From a virus (Duplodnaviria; Heunggongvirae; Uroviricota; Caudoviricetes), in the IMG/VR virus record IMGVR_UViG_3300042554_002914: DNA of 64,000 nt, one strand, 5' to 3'. Made by a program: the position numbers and the translations under genes. The notes beneath the pieces were generated by a model. It was not told the DNA's origin. It saw nothing but the letters and a program-made list of their open reading frames with translations, and ran no database searches. Shown here piece after piece: positions 10,673-19,662 of the stretch; positions within the stretch are counted from its first letter, which is position 1, and each line of letters starts with the position of its first letter.

Positions 10673-11869
10673 TTAATCCTTAGAATAGTCTTTGACTCCA
10701 TCATACAAAATGTCGATAACTTTGGCAGCGTCATTGTTTGATAGCTTGGCCCATGGGCCTTTCTTGTATGACTTCAGGGGCTGCCCAACCCTGGACACAA
10801 TCATATAGGTAATTTCGTTGTCGGAGATGCCGTGACTCCTGAGCGCATCGTAAACCCTGGGCAGATTGTCCCTCATTTTTAGCAAATTCTGGGGGGCATC
10901 CCCCTTGATTGACCCTTTATGTACTCCCATTTGGGGGTCTGTTTTTGATCTATGGTCCCCAGAGGTCAAGGGATCAGTTTTTCTAAGGTCGAAAGTCGAA
11001 CCTTTTGGTAAAAACCCCTTGTTGGTAAAAGCCCCCAGTGCTTCAGATAACGCTGCTTTGACGCTTTGCTGCGATAAGCCCATATCAACAAACCTGGACC
11101 TACCATTTTTATCGATCAATACGTTATCACTATGTGCATCGTTGTGAGCTATCCCGAGCCTATGGACCTGTGATCTCAAGAACCAGTAAGCATCTCCAAT
11201 GGATGTCTTTCCTACTTTGTCTGAAGACTTACTAAAGTTACCATAACTCTCACCTGGCACCAGTCCCATGACTATACGACCATTTATTATATAGACACCA
11301 CCCTCTGCCTTTGGTTTGCCTTTGGCTATTTCCCCATATATCAGTTTAGGACCTAAACCGGCTTTCCCTAAGATTTGAGTTATTTCCGCTTCCGTTGTAC
11401 TTACCTGGCCACGTTTAACGGCATAGCTCGGGTTTCCTTTTATCAAGAGCACAGTACCAAATCCACCTTCCCCTAATTTGGTTCCTTTACTTAGGGACCC
11501 GGACCAGTCAAATTGATCCTTAGTGCCATTAATGATCCTACCTACCTTGAAACTAGAATCAAAATCAGAAGCATCATCTCTGGCCCATTGTGTGTTACCA
11601 GTAATTATTTTTCCTGGCCTCTTGATTGACTCTTGATTTACTTTGGGTACAGATTTTGTGCTTGCTTTTGTGTTTGGTTTCACCCTCGCCAAGTAGTCTT
11701 CCAGACTTTCCTTGGCATCATCGATGAAACTAGCATCAATAGACCCGGATATACGGTCAATAGATTTAGATATGTTATCTCCAAAATCAACCCTACAAAC
11801 TTTTATTCGGGAGATGCACGTTGACCCACATGATTTTCCTATATCACACCTGTCCCCTTTACCAAACAC
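10673..11869 (-). CDS. Protein kinase-like protein with N-terminal Cys-rich tag
   Basis: Gly loop LGEGGFGTV, AVK lysine, catalytic loop HNDAHSDNVLI, DMG in the DFG position; N-terminal CDIGKSCGSTCISRIKVC. Confidence 0.75.
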   Translation of the reverse strand: MFGKGDRCDIGKSCGSTCISRIKVCRVDFGDNISKSIDRISGSIDASFIDDAKESLEDYLARVKPNTKASTKSVPKVNQESIKRPGKIITGNTQWARDDASDFDSSFKVGRIINGTKDQFDWSGSLSKGTKLGEGGFGTVLLIKGNPSYAVKRGQVSTTEAEITQILGKAGLGPKLIYGEIAKGKPKAEGGVYIINGRIVMGLVPGESYGNFSKSSDKVGKTSIGDAYWFLRSQVHRLGIAHNDAHSDNVLIDKNGRSRFVDMGLSQQSVKAALSEALGAFTNKGFLPKGSTFDLRKTDPLTSGDHRSKTDPQMGVHKGSIKGDAPQNLLKMRDNLPRVYDALRSHGISDNEITYMIVSRVGQPLKSYKKGPWAKLSNNDAAKVIDILYDGVKDYSKD

Positions 11870-11873
11870 GGAC

Positions 11874-12308
11874 TCAGCCCCCGTTTAGTAAAGTCTCTAG
11901 TCTAGCGATTCGGTTTGATACTGTGTCTATCTTTTCGGAATATGACAATTCTTCACCTGTGGCGATTCGGTGGTCATCGGTATTCTTTCTGGCCAGGTCC
12001 AGGGTGGCCATCTTGGCATCTATGTCTTCGCGCTTCTTGACTAGCTCCTTAACTTGCTTCATTTGTTCTTGCAAGGATTGAAACGCCCCCCTCTGACGGG
12101 AGATTTTCATTTTCTCGTTTAGGGACTCTATTTGGCTGGTTAAATCCGTATGCTTTTTCCCAAGGTCTCCATACTCGCTATAACTAGGTCGAAGGCCCAG
12201 GACTACTGTAGGCTCCATTACAGTACCTTTGGCATAATCTGTGGGCTTATGGGAATAAGCTTGGATCGCCTTATCGTATGCTTCTTTTGAGATTTTATCT
12301 TTTCTCAT
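11874..12308 (-). CDS. Hypothetical coiled-coil protein
   Basis: Co-oriented ORF; GGGTAAAA motif 23 nt upstream. Confidence 0.6.
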   Translation of the reverse strand: MRKDKISKEAYDKAIQAYSHKPTDYAKGTVMEPTVVLGLRPSYSEYGDLGKKHTDLTSQIESLNEKMKISRQRGAFQSLQEQMKQVKELVKKREDIDAKMATLDLARKNTDDHRIATGEELSYSEKIDTVSNRIARLETLLNGG

Positions 12309-12337
12309 TTTAAGAGTCCATTATGTTTTCTTTTACC

Positions 12338-12727
12338 CTAATTGAAGTCGATGTTTTTTCTGGCCATAATATCCATGGCTTCATTCCATTTAAATCGATT
12401 CGACCACCAGGCCGATGAAGATGGCCCTTTAGCGATGTTCTTGGAGTGCCTAGACTTAAACTTTTTACGCTTCATCTTCATGCGTTCAGATTCACCTTCT
12501 TTAGGTGGCCCAGCAGTTTCTGCCCCCTTTTGGCCAAATTTCTTCAATTCTTCCTTACCGTCATGGCACCATTTGACCACATGGCTTTTTTCGTCGCCAG
12601 ATTTAGTAGGGCGTGGTTTATTACAAGCCATTTTAGACTTGTCATAAGTCTCCCCAAACTGCTCAGCAAACATGTTATAGAATGCCTCTAGGGCTTCATC
12701 GCTGAAATTTGCACTACCGTAAAGCAT
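12338..12727 (-). CDS. Basic hypothetical protein, possible internal head protein
   Basis: KSHVVKWC...KFGQKG...RKKFKSRH...SAWWS resembles a small basic domain seen in viral proteins (from memory). Confidence 0.55.
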   Translation of the reverse strand: MLYGSANFSDEALEAFYNMFAEQFGETYDKSKMACNKPRPTKSGDEKSHVVKWCHDGKEELKKFGQKGAETAGPPKEGESERMKMKRKKFKSRHSKNIAKGPSSSAWWSNRFKWNEAMDIMARKNIDFN

Positions 12728-13143
12728 TACTCTTTCTCTCCATGTTTCAAATAGTCTGCAATTGCTGTTAAACTGTGGGAAGCTTCTGAAATTTTTGATG
12801 CTATCCAGGGGTCTGAGTTGCTATTGGGGGTGATCATTCCTAAGGAAGTGGCGATATTATCCTGCATTGATTTTAACTGAGTGATTAACATACCACCATT
12901 AGGTTCGAAATCAGCGTCCCCTTCCCCCATGATAAAAGTCGATGGTTTTGTGATGGGTTCTTTTTTCATACCGGGGGCAATGGCCATCTTATCCATTGGG
13001 GTAAGGTCGGGGTTTTGACCCCCTGATGCTTCACCAGATCTGGTAGTCCTGGGACCTTTAGCACCCTTGGCAGCATTCTCCACAAAATTCAAGTCAAAGC
13101 CCAAACCTTGGAGACGTCTCCAATCGTACTCAGAAATAGTCAT
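12727..13143 (-). CDS. Hypothetical protein
   Basis: N-terminus EYDWRRLQGLGFDLNFVE is nearly identical to that of 13952..14452. Confidence 0.6.
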   Translation of the reverse strand: MTISEYDWRRLQGLGFDLNFVENAAKGAKGPRTTRSGEASGGQNPDLTPMDKMAIAPGMKKEPITKPSTFIMGEGDADFEPNGGMLITQLKSMQDNIATSLGMITPNSNSDPWIASKISEASHSLTAIADYLKHGEKE

Positions 13144-13218
13144 TTTATCTCAGGAAGTAATTAATGTTACCCTGTGAGGGTTGGGGTCGTAATACTTGGG
13201 AATTAAATACCGCCATAC

Positions 13219-13938
13219 CTAGCGAGGCCACCATTTAAATAATTTCCGGAGTGGCGATGGCTGAATGAATCGTGTCCTCATGATTTCGGAAATTTCCAGG
13301 TACAGGTTTTCTAAGGTATCCTTATTGCTTTTTATTGTTAAATCAAATTTATTCCTTTCTTCAGTACCGTACTGAACTGACAAGATTCCAATTGGCAAAT
13401 TACCCACCTTAACCATCCTATTGTAGAAACAGTCAATCCCATTCCTAGACAGATAGTCCTTACAAGCTTGAGGCAATTCCTCACTAAATTTCACAGTCAA
13501 CCAATCATTTTCCTTAAGCATGGCTTCAATATCCCTTATGAAACTGCCTATTTGAATATCTTTTACCGGGGATGCCATAGCAGAACTATCTTTAGCTGTG
13601 TAGGTATTGGTAGTGGACATTTTTTGGAGGTGGTACCCCGTAAAATCAACTTGTCCATTATGGAAGGAACACAAAATAACCCTAGAAGCATTAGTTATGA
13701 TACCAATTTGAGCCAAACAAGTGTTGATTTCCTTTTCTTTCTCGATGTGATTTAGAAAGACATCTAGTTTATTTATAGTTCGGGGGGCAATCACCTTGGT
13801 AACAAGGGCCCAAAGGGCAAACCCAAGGACCAACACGGAATCGCCGGTAAAAGTGAAATTGACTGGGGCTTGGGGAGCAGGTTGCGGAGCAGGTTGCGGA
13901 GCAGGGGCCCCTTGACTGATATTATTTGGAGTGGTCAT
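13219..13938 (-). CDS. Single-TM membrane protein with GAF-like C-terminal domain (holin candidate)
   Basis: Start moved to ATG 13938 to avoid overlap with the upstream gene. PQPA repeats, TM SVLVLGFALWALVTKVIA, then ASRVILCSFHNG...PIGILSVQY. The function is inference. Confidence 0.45.
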   Translation of the reverse strand: MTTPNNISQGAPAPQPAPQPAPQAPVNFTFTGDSVLVLGFALWALVTKVIAPRTINKLDVFLNHIEKEKEINTCLAQIGIITNASRVILCSFHNGQVDFTGYHLQKMSTTNTYTAKDSSAMASPVKDIQIGSFIRDIEAMLKENDWLTVKFSEELPQACKDYLSRNGIDCFYNRMVKVGNLPIGILSVQYGTEERNKFDLTIKSNKDTLENLYLEISEIMRTRFIQPSPLRKLFKWWPR

Positions 13939-13951
13939 AGAATTTGGTAAA

Positions 13952-14452
13952 TTATTTGGTTTTAGAGTGCTTTTTCCAAAGGTCGTTATCAGCCTGGCGA
14001 GCCTTACCAACTCCTGTAATAAATGAATTCACTCTGGCTAATGCCCATTGCTGCGGGGAAACTCCGGGCCGGTGACCGGAACGCCATGCTGCGATCCCTC
14101 TACTGTATACTTCTCCTAGGATACTAGCAGAAATTCCGGACTTCTCAGATTTTGCTTTTAGTGCCTTGCTAGACCCCTCTGAATACTTATCATCGAAGGC
14201 TTTAGTTGCGGGGGATTGAGGGATTTTTTCGTTTCTTTTCCTGAACTTATCGTCAGATTCCCAATCTTTGTATAGGTCTTTGGGTGATACTCCAGGGTCT
14301 TTAGCCTTTTGCATCGTTTCTTTAGCTTCTTCCTTGGCGATGGTTTGTTCCTTGGGGGTCAATCCTTTTTTATACCTAGCAGGTAGGGCCCTCTCTACAA
14401 ACTGCAAATCAAAGCCAAGACCCTGTAGGCGGTTCCAGTCGTATTCCATCAA
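13952..14452 (-). CDS. Hypothetical protein with DUF5824-like C-terminal domain
   Basis: ALKAKSEKSGIS...VYSRGIAAWRSGHRPG...QQWALARVNSF; family recalled from memory. Confidence 0.55.
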   Translation of the reverse strand: MMEYDWNRLQGLGFDLQFVERALPARYKKGLTPKEQTIAKEEAKETMQKAKDPGVSPKDLYKDWESDDKFRKRNEKIPQSPATKAFDDKYSEGSSKALKAKSEKSGISASILGEVYSRGIAAWRSGHRPGVSPQQWALARVNSFITGVGKARQADNDLWKKHSKTK

Positions 14453-15216
14453 TTGCCATCCGGTAAACCACTACCACCATTTTCAAGCCTTTGCCTGACA
14501 GTTTCCGGTAAACCAGATTCCCATTTGTTTTTGATTGCGATGCGGATGATGGCAGCCATAACCTTACGTGGATCAGCGGTGCGACCTACGGATGACCATG
14601 CAGCAGCGACATCTTGGGGGCTAGCGATTGGGAAAGACATTCCGGGGCCTGCGAATTCCCCCTTTGTTTTTCCTGCCTTTAGTTTTTCCCTGGACTCAGC
14701 ATCCCATTCCCTGAATTTTGCTGAATTGCTTGGCTTCGCGTTACATGAGTTACATTTACAATTACCCGACTGGCAAGACTTGCATTTATCTTCTTTGAAC
14801 GGTTGGGGAATTGACATCAGTTCGGTATCGTCTGCAAAGTTATATTCTTTTCTTTTAAGTTCTTTGAAAGAATCCATTCTAGCTTTGCGGCGACCCATGA
14901 TTTCCTTCATAGCATCTGCCCCGTCAGCGTGGCTATCATAGTCCCTATTGACTAGGTTGGCCCTCCGTTCTCGGATGGCCTTATTGCCCTTTAGAATAGC
15001 CTCCTTGTGCATCGACAAGCCACCTTCAGGGGTGGGGGACCATTTACGGCCGATTTTATTCCTTTTCATCAACTGATCAGTAGAAATGGCATTACTGGCA
15101 TTTAACTGTCCCCCGACACCCGGCAAGAGTACAGAGGAGAAATCCATGTGTTCTCCGTAAGGCATAAGAGTAGTTAGAAACTTATTTCTTTTACCCTTTG
15201 CCTTCGGTATTTGCAT
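14449..15216 (-). CDS. Hypothetical protein, possible internal head protein (true start may be ATG 15165)
   Basis: CKSC...CKCNSC cluster; C-terminal FAGPGMSFPIASPQDVAAAW domain; the GGGTAAAA motif at 15189-15196 lies 24 nt upstream of ATG 15165. Confidence 0.55.
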   Translation of the reverse strand: MQIPKAKGKRNKFLTTLMPYGEHMDFSSVLLPGVGGQLNASNAISTDQLMKRNKIGRKWSPTPEGGLSMHKEAILKGNKAIRERRANLVNRDYDSHADGADAMKEIMGRRKARMDSFKELKRKEYNFADDTELMSIPQPFKEDKCKSCQSGNCKCNSCNAKPSNSAKFREWDAESREKLKAGKTKGEFAGPGMSFPIASPQDVAAAWSSVGRTADPRKVMAAIIRIAIKNKWESGLPETVRQRLENGGSGLPDGN

Positions 15217-15511
15217 CTGAGTTGCTATCTAAACTATTGTCCTTATTGTTTGACTTACCGGAACTCCCCTTGGCAGCCATCCCCAAAGCAGCAGCGGGTA
15301 CTAGCAACGCTAAGAAGACATTGGCTGCGGATTTGGCAGTTTCGGAGAAACTATCGGATATTTTTAAGCAAAAAGCTGAGTAGGAATCATTTGGTGATTT
15401 CCTTAGGTTATTGCGGCACGATATATTTTCATACCCTATCATGGCAATTTGTGCTACAAAAATAGCCACCAAAGCTCTGACTAAAAATGCTCTCTCGTTG
15501 AATTCTTTCAT
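15191..15511 (-). CDS. Small two-TM membrane protein
   Basis: Two hydrophobic stretches: FLVRALVAIFVAQIAMIG and ANVFLALLVPAAALGMAA. Confidence 0.55.
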   Translation of the reverse strand: MKEFNERAFLVRALVAIFVAQIAMIGYENISCRNNLRKSPNDSYSAFCLKISDSFSETAKSAANVFLALLVPAAALGMAAKGSSGKSNNKDNSLDSNSDANTEGKG

Positions 15512-15561
15512 TGCCCTTCAGCGAATCTACTTAGATTTACCCTTTGCTGACTGGTTAATTC

Positions 15562-15741
15562 TTAAAGGTAACGCATCCCCTCAATTACTTCGGGAGATAC
15601 CGAGCCTGAACTCTTTAATTCTTGGGCTGCCTTAAGGAGGGTTTGGGCCTTTTCTAAATCAGCAGGGTCTCTGCGGGCGACTTTATAAGCCCCCATTAAT
15701 TTTTGGTATTTTTTATCGGATTCAGACATTTTGCTTGCCAT
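15562..15741 (-). CDS. Small helical protein, 59 aa (below the ORF track cutoff)
   Basis: Hand translation MASKMSESDKKYQKLMGAYKVARRDPADLEKAQTLLKAAQELKSSGSVSPEVIEGMRYL; fills the gap between co-oriented genes. Confidence 0.6.
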   Translation of the reverse strand: MASKMSESDKKYQKLMGAYKVARRDPADLEKAQTLLKAAQELKSSGSVSPEVIEGMRYL

Positions 15742-15774
15742 CAGACCTTGTCGTATAGAAGGTCAATGTATTTC

Positions 15775-16050
15775 TTAGGGTTTTGCTAGGGGCTTCGCTG
15801 CGGACTTCTTAGCCGGGGATACCTTTTGAACTTTCTTAATTGCTTCAACAGCTTTATTTAGGCCCATGTTTAAAGACCAGGGGATATCAACCATGCAAAC
15901 ATGGTATCTCGGGATGCAGGATGCTCCGCAAGATTTCCCTTTGTTGCACTTTTTTCTTTTTAATTTGGGCAAATTGAGGCCGCCTAGTCTGGCTATTTGG
16001 CCTCTTTTTGCGGTATTAATTTCAGCTTCCGTTTTTCCCAGGGGTGCCAT
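15775..16050 (-). CDS. Small protein consisting mainly of the Cys-rich tag (possible deletion remnant)
   Basis: KKCNKGKSCGASCIPRYHVCMVD, the same motif as in 10673..11869 and 17740..18543. Confidence 0.6.
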   Translation of the reverse strand: MAPLGKTEAEINTAKRGQIARLGGLNLPKLKRKKCNKGKSCGASCIPRYHVCMVDIPWSLNMGLNKAVEAIKKVQKVSPAKKSAAKPLAKP

Positions 16051-16086
16051 TGAATTCAGGGTATTTATGCTTTAAATTTACCCAAT

Positions 16087-16779
16087 TTATTCCTTGTCGT
16101 TGTATTCCCCGTCTTCATCATCATCGTCATCGTCCGAGTCTTCATCGCCACCTTCGCTAAGGATCTCATCGATCAGGGTATCAATTTCATCTTCATTTAG
16201 TTCTTCTTCACCTTCGACTTCGGACTCCTCATAAGGGTCTTCTTCGTATTGGGTTTCGTTGTCGTTGCTGTTGTCGTTGTCGTCAGAGTCACTTTCTGCG
16301 TCATCGTCAGAATCGCTCTCATCCGAACCCCAAATCTCTTCAGAAAGGCGTTTAAATTCTTCATCGGTTAGGAATGTTGAGTTTTCATCTGAATCTTTAA
16401 TATCATCGGCATCTTCGGCATCTTCGGCATCTTCATCAACTTCTTCGGCACCATCTCCCGGGCTAGCCGGAAAATAATCGTCTGGATTAAATGGCTGGTT
16501 GGGTTTAAAGTCACGGGACATACCATCATTGGCTTTCCAGAGCCCGGTATGCTCAATCCAGGGAGATGTATTATGAACTACGTTAGTTGGCAACCCATTA
16601 ATGGGGTCAATTTCGTGATCTTCAGGGTTTGACAATTGAGCTGCATAAGCTGCGCGGAAAGCTTCAATAGCATCCTGTTCAAAATCGCCGTTGATTCTAT
16701 TCGTCATTTGTTTAAGGGTCGGTACTTGAATGTTTAAGTGTTGGGGGGGAGGGGTTTGGGGTGTTGGGCCCTGGTCCAT
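16087..16779 (-). CDS. Highly acidic hypothetical protein
   Basis: C-terminal half dominated by D/E. Confidence 0.65.
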   Translation of the reverse strand: MDQGPTPQTPPPQHLNIQVPTLKQMTNRINGDFEQDAIEAFRAAYAAQLSNPEDHEIDPINGLPTNVVHNTSPWIEHTGLWKANDGMSRDFKPNQPFNPDDYFPASPGDGAEEVDEDAEDAEDADDIKDSDENSTFLTDEEFKRLSEEIWGSDESDSDDDAESDSDDNDNSNDNETQYEEDPYEESEVEGEEELNEDEIDTLIDEILSEGGDEDSDDDDDDEDGEYNDKE

Positions 16780-16878
16780 TCAGCTTTCAGTTTTTAGGCC
16801 TATTTCAGCAAATGTTGAAAGTGTGCCCCGAGACCTACTTAGACCAATGATTATTACCCATCGTGCTGGCGGTAGGGG

Positions 16879-17220
16879 TCACCACTTTTCAATTTTACCG
16901 GAAATATCTTGCAATAATTTGCTATTGCCTTGAAGTTCCTCTTCATATTGTCTTATGGTGGCCTTGACTTCAGCCTTTAATTTACCCTCTTTAATGAGAC
17001 GTTCCTTTCTCTCATCGTCAGTTTCTTCCTTTTCAGCGTGATTTCCGTCAGCATCGTCAGCATCATCAATAACCACGGGGTGAATCTCATGAGTTAACCT
17101 ATCTAGGAGTTTATCCATAGAGTCTTTCAACCCCCTTCTACACACTGAATCGGCAGAAATTTCCATGGGGCCGCAAGGAATCCTGTATAAGTCTCTAATT
17201 TTAGCCTCAGTTTTGTCCAT
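16879..17220 (-). CDS. Hypothetical protein
   Basis: Co-oriented ORF abutting its upstream neighbour. Confidence 0.55.
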   Translation of the reverse strand: MDKTEAKIRDLYRIPCGPMEISADSVCRRGLKDSMDKLLDRLTHEIHPVVIDDADDADGNHAEKEETDDERKERLIKEGKLKAEVKATIRQYEEELQGNSKLLQDISGKIEKW

Positions 17221-17221
17221 G

Positions 17222-17557
17222 TCAAGCCCCTTCTCTAGGTTTTAAAATCCATTCATTTTCGTAATCCGTGTAATGGATACCTTTTCTTTTTTCTAATCTT
17301 CTGGCAGGGTCTTTCTTGTTGGCTTCCCTCATACCGTTTACCATGATGTCCCGCATGGCCCTAAGTTTTTCCTTTGGCACTTCACAGTGTGGGCTGTCCC
17401 TGTAGCTTCTATACCATTTACAAACTTCTGAGGGATCATCAGATTGTAACATCATGTTCCAGATTCCCATTTCTTGGCTACCGGTTAGCGTACCCACTGG
17501 TAATTTACCTTCTAGGTCTTCACGGGGTGGCCTATTAAATCTTGTGTCTCTTCTCAT
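17222..17557 (-). CDS. Hypothetical protein
   Basis: 4-nt overlap with the upstream ORF. Confidence 0.55.
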   Translation of the reverse strand: MRRDTRFNRPPREDLEGKLPVGTLTGSQEMGIWNMMLQSDDPSEVCKWYRSYRDSPHCEVPKEKLRAMRDIMVNGMREANKKDPARRLEKRKGIHYTDYENEWILKPREGA

Positions 17558-17736
17558 TGGGTAGCTACCAGTAGGGCTTCCATTAGTTCATTTTTGATAA
17601 ACTCAGATGACTCCATGTCCCCTCTTTTTCCCTCTAAATCAGACAAGGCAGACAAGGCTTTTGCATATTTATCGAAGTTTTCTTTATCGGAAGGTGCCTT
17701 ACGAATTAAGGCCTGGGCTTTTTCGATGCTATCCAT
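17554..17736 (-). CDS. Small helical protein, 60 aa
   Basis: Starts 3 nt after the metallopeptidase stop. Confidence 0.55.
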   Translation of the reverse strand: MDSIEKAQALIRKAPSDKENFDKYAKALSALSDLEGKRGDMESSEFIKNELMEALLVATQ

Positions 17737-17739
17737 AGT

Positions 17740-18543
17740 TTACCTCAGTAAGTTCCCTTCCCTTAGAACAGACTCCACCAGTTCATATTCCGCTGGAAAA
17801 AGTTTTTTCATTTTGGGTCCAGCGAATATGTAACTTGAAAATAGCTCAGCATAGTGCTCTAGTTGATTTGTTTTACTGTATGTGCTAACTCTTTTGAAGC
17901 TATCGGGAATTCCAACTTCTTTCGCTTTGAAGTGAGCGTGGTGCCCTAGTTCGTGGACTAACGTCACCAGTGTATTATTGCTGGCTGACCCTGGAGCTTT
18001 ACCCATAGTGTGTGGCAGTTCTTTACCTTGGGCGGCACTGGATAAGTGCTTTTCGGCAGTGGCCTTTATTTTCTTTACTTGCGGGGTAAACCCCTGAGCT
18101 GACCGAATAACTGTGACCCCTTCTTTATACGCTAACCCGCCCCAAGTCTTATTGTAGATTTTCTGCGAGATGGTGAAATCTGGGTTTTTGAAGTACCCTG
18201 AAAATGCGCTTCTGAAGGCTTCTTTGTTGCCTGCAATGTCCTTCCAGTCCATGAATAGGGTCTTAGTCTTATTGAAAATCCTCTGGAGAACTTCTACTCT
18301 GCGGGGGGCGTCTGGGTCCAGGGTTTTTAAATCCCGGATGGCACCCATGATGGAGTTCCTGTTAAAGTCTATCTTTAAGTCAGGGTGAGCTTTTACTTCG
18401 CCACTTCTCATTAGCTTGATGAATTTCCCAAGGGAATCTGCAATATATGGGCTTAATTCAACTCTGCAAACTAAACCCCGTTGAATGCAAGTTGAGCGAC
18501 AAGATTTCCCTAAAGAACATCTTTTCTTCCCGGACCCCCCCAT
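17740..18543 (-). CDS. Zincin-type metallopeptidase with N-terminal Cys-rich tag
   Basis: TLVHELGHHAH (HEXXH) with downstream STYSKTNQLEHYAELF; N-terminal KKRCSLGKSCRSTCIQRGLVCRVE. Confidence 0.7.
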   Translation of the reverse strand: MGGSGKKRCSLGKSCRSTCIQRGLVCRVELSPYIADSLGKFIKLMRSGEVKAHPDLKIDFNRNSIMGAIRDLKTLDPDAPRRVEVLQRIFNKTKTLFMDWKDIAGNKEAFRSAFSGYFKNPDFTISQKIYNKTWGGLAYKEGVTVIRSAQGFTPQVKKIKATAEKHLSSAAQGKELPHTMGKAPGSASNNTLVTLVHELGHHAHFKAKEVGIPDSFKRVSTYSKTNQLEHYAELFSSYIFAGPKMKKLFPAEYELVESVLREGNLLR

Positions 18544-18722
18544 CTCTGGGGTGCGCCTAGGTGCTGAATGGTTCCTGCAATTGCAAAATCAAATTCTTTA
18601 GGGTTATCTATTTCGATCATTAGTCCTCGTACCTGCCTATGGGGAATTTAATAGATGACGGGGTATATAGTAGTCCATGAATAAGATTTACCCAGGGTCA
18701 CACTAACTCCCCCCCCTATCCA

Positions 18723-19544
18723 TTAAGCTTCGTATGCCTCCAAGATTTCTGCTATGATGCCGTTCCTGACGATGTCCCCTCTTTCAAATTTAACTCTCCC
18801 CACCCCTCTAATGGAGGAAAGCCGGTGATAGCAATCTAAAAGTCCATTTTCAGGTTTAAATACATCTAGGTCAATTTGCCTTGTGTCACCCGTAATGACA
18901 ACTTTCGAGTCTTTTCCAACCCTACTGAGGACGGTTTTAACATTTTCTGGTAATGAATTTTGGGCCTCATCAAAAAGAATTAGGCACTCATTTAGTGATC
19001 TCCCCCTCAAATCCTCTAGGAGTGTGGGTTCTACAATCTTTTTATCTACAAGGTAATCCGCAGCCCCCTTGCTTCTAGTCATTACAACCAAATTGTCATA
19101 AACAGGTCCCACCAGTGGCTTCATTTTTTCTTCCAGGGTTCCAGGAAGAGCCCCCCTATTTCTTTGGTGAGAACAGCCTACGTCACTTCTAATGTAATAA
19201 ATTTTTTGAATGTTACCCTTAGAAATTTCACTCAATCCCCACCATAGCGCCACTAAGGTTTTTCCAACTCCTGATGGGCCTATAGCAATGGTGACTGTAT
19301 TCTTATTTAAAGAAGACCACAAGTCCTCCTGATGGTTTGTTTTCGGGTAAAAGGGTAGAACATCCATTCCCCTATAAGAGTGCTCAACCATTTGGGCGGA
19401 CTCTGCGCGGCGCGATTTGCGCTTGTCTTTTGATCTCAACATTTGGTAAAGAGGGTTAATGACAACTGTGGATAACGTGTATGCTTCGTTGCTAATTTGG
19501 ATTACATGATCCTCACCCCCTTCTAAACTAATAGGCAGAGTCAT
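18723..19544 (-). CDS. phoH: PhoH-family ATPase
   Basis: GPSGVGKT, GALPGTLEEKM, LRGRSL, DEAQN, TGDTRQID, DIVRNG. Confidence 0.93.
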   Translation of the reverse strand: MTLPISLEGGEDHVIQISNEAYTLSTVVINPLYQMLRSKDKRKSRRAESAQMVEHSYRGMDVLPFYPKTNHQEDLWSSLNKNTVTIAIGPSGVGKTLVALWWGLSEISKGNIQKIYYIRSDVGCSHQRNRGALPGTLEEKMKPLVGPVYDNLVVMTRSKGAADYLVDKKIVEPTLLEDLRGRSLNECLILFDEAQNSLPENVKTVLSRVGKDSKVVITGDTRQIDLDVFKPENGLLDCYHRLSSIRGVGRVKFERGDIVRNGIIAEILEAYEA

Positions 19545-19588
19545 TTGTGAAAGGGAACTCTACGACCTTATTTTACCCTGCCCCTGGC

Positions 19589-19610
19589 AAAAAGCTCCCG
19601 TTAGAGAGCT
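19589..19610 (-). terminator. Probable intrinsic terminator
   Basis: Minus strand AGCTCTC-TAAC-GGGAGCT followed by TTTT, downstream of 19663..19866. Confidence 0.5.
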
Positions 19611-19662
19611 AATGCATTAGAGAGACCACCATTTATCGTGGTTGAGCAACCACTCTATGTAC

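Noticed and set aside
13939-14010. Upstream start at 14010 for the membrane protein
   Set aside because: It overlaps the preceding gene by 59 nt; ATG 13938 fits better.
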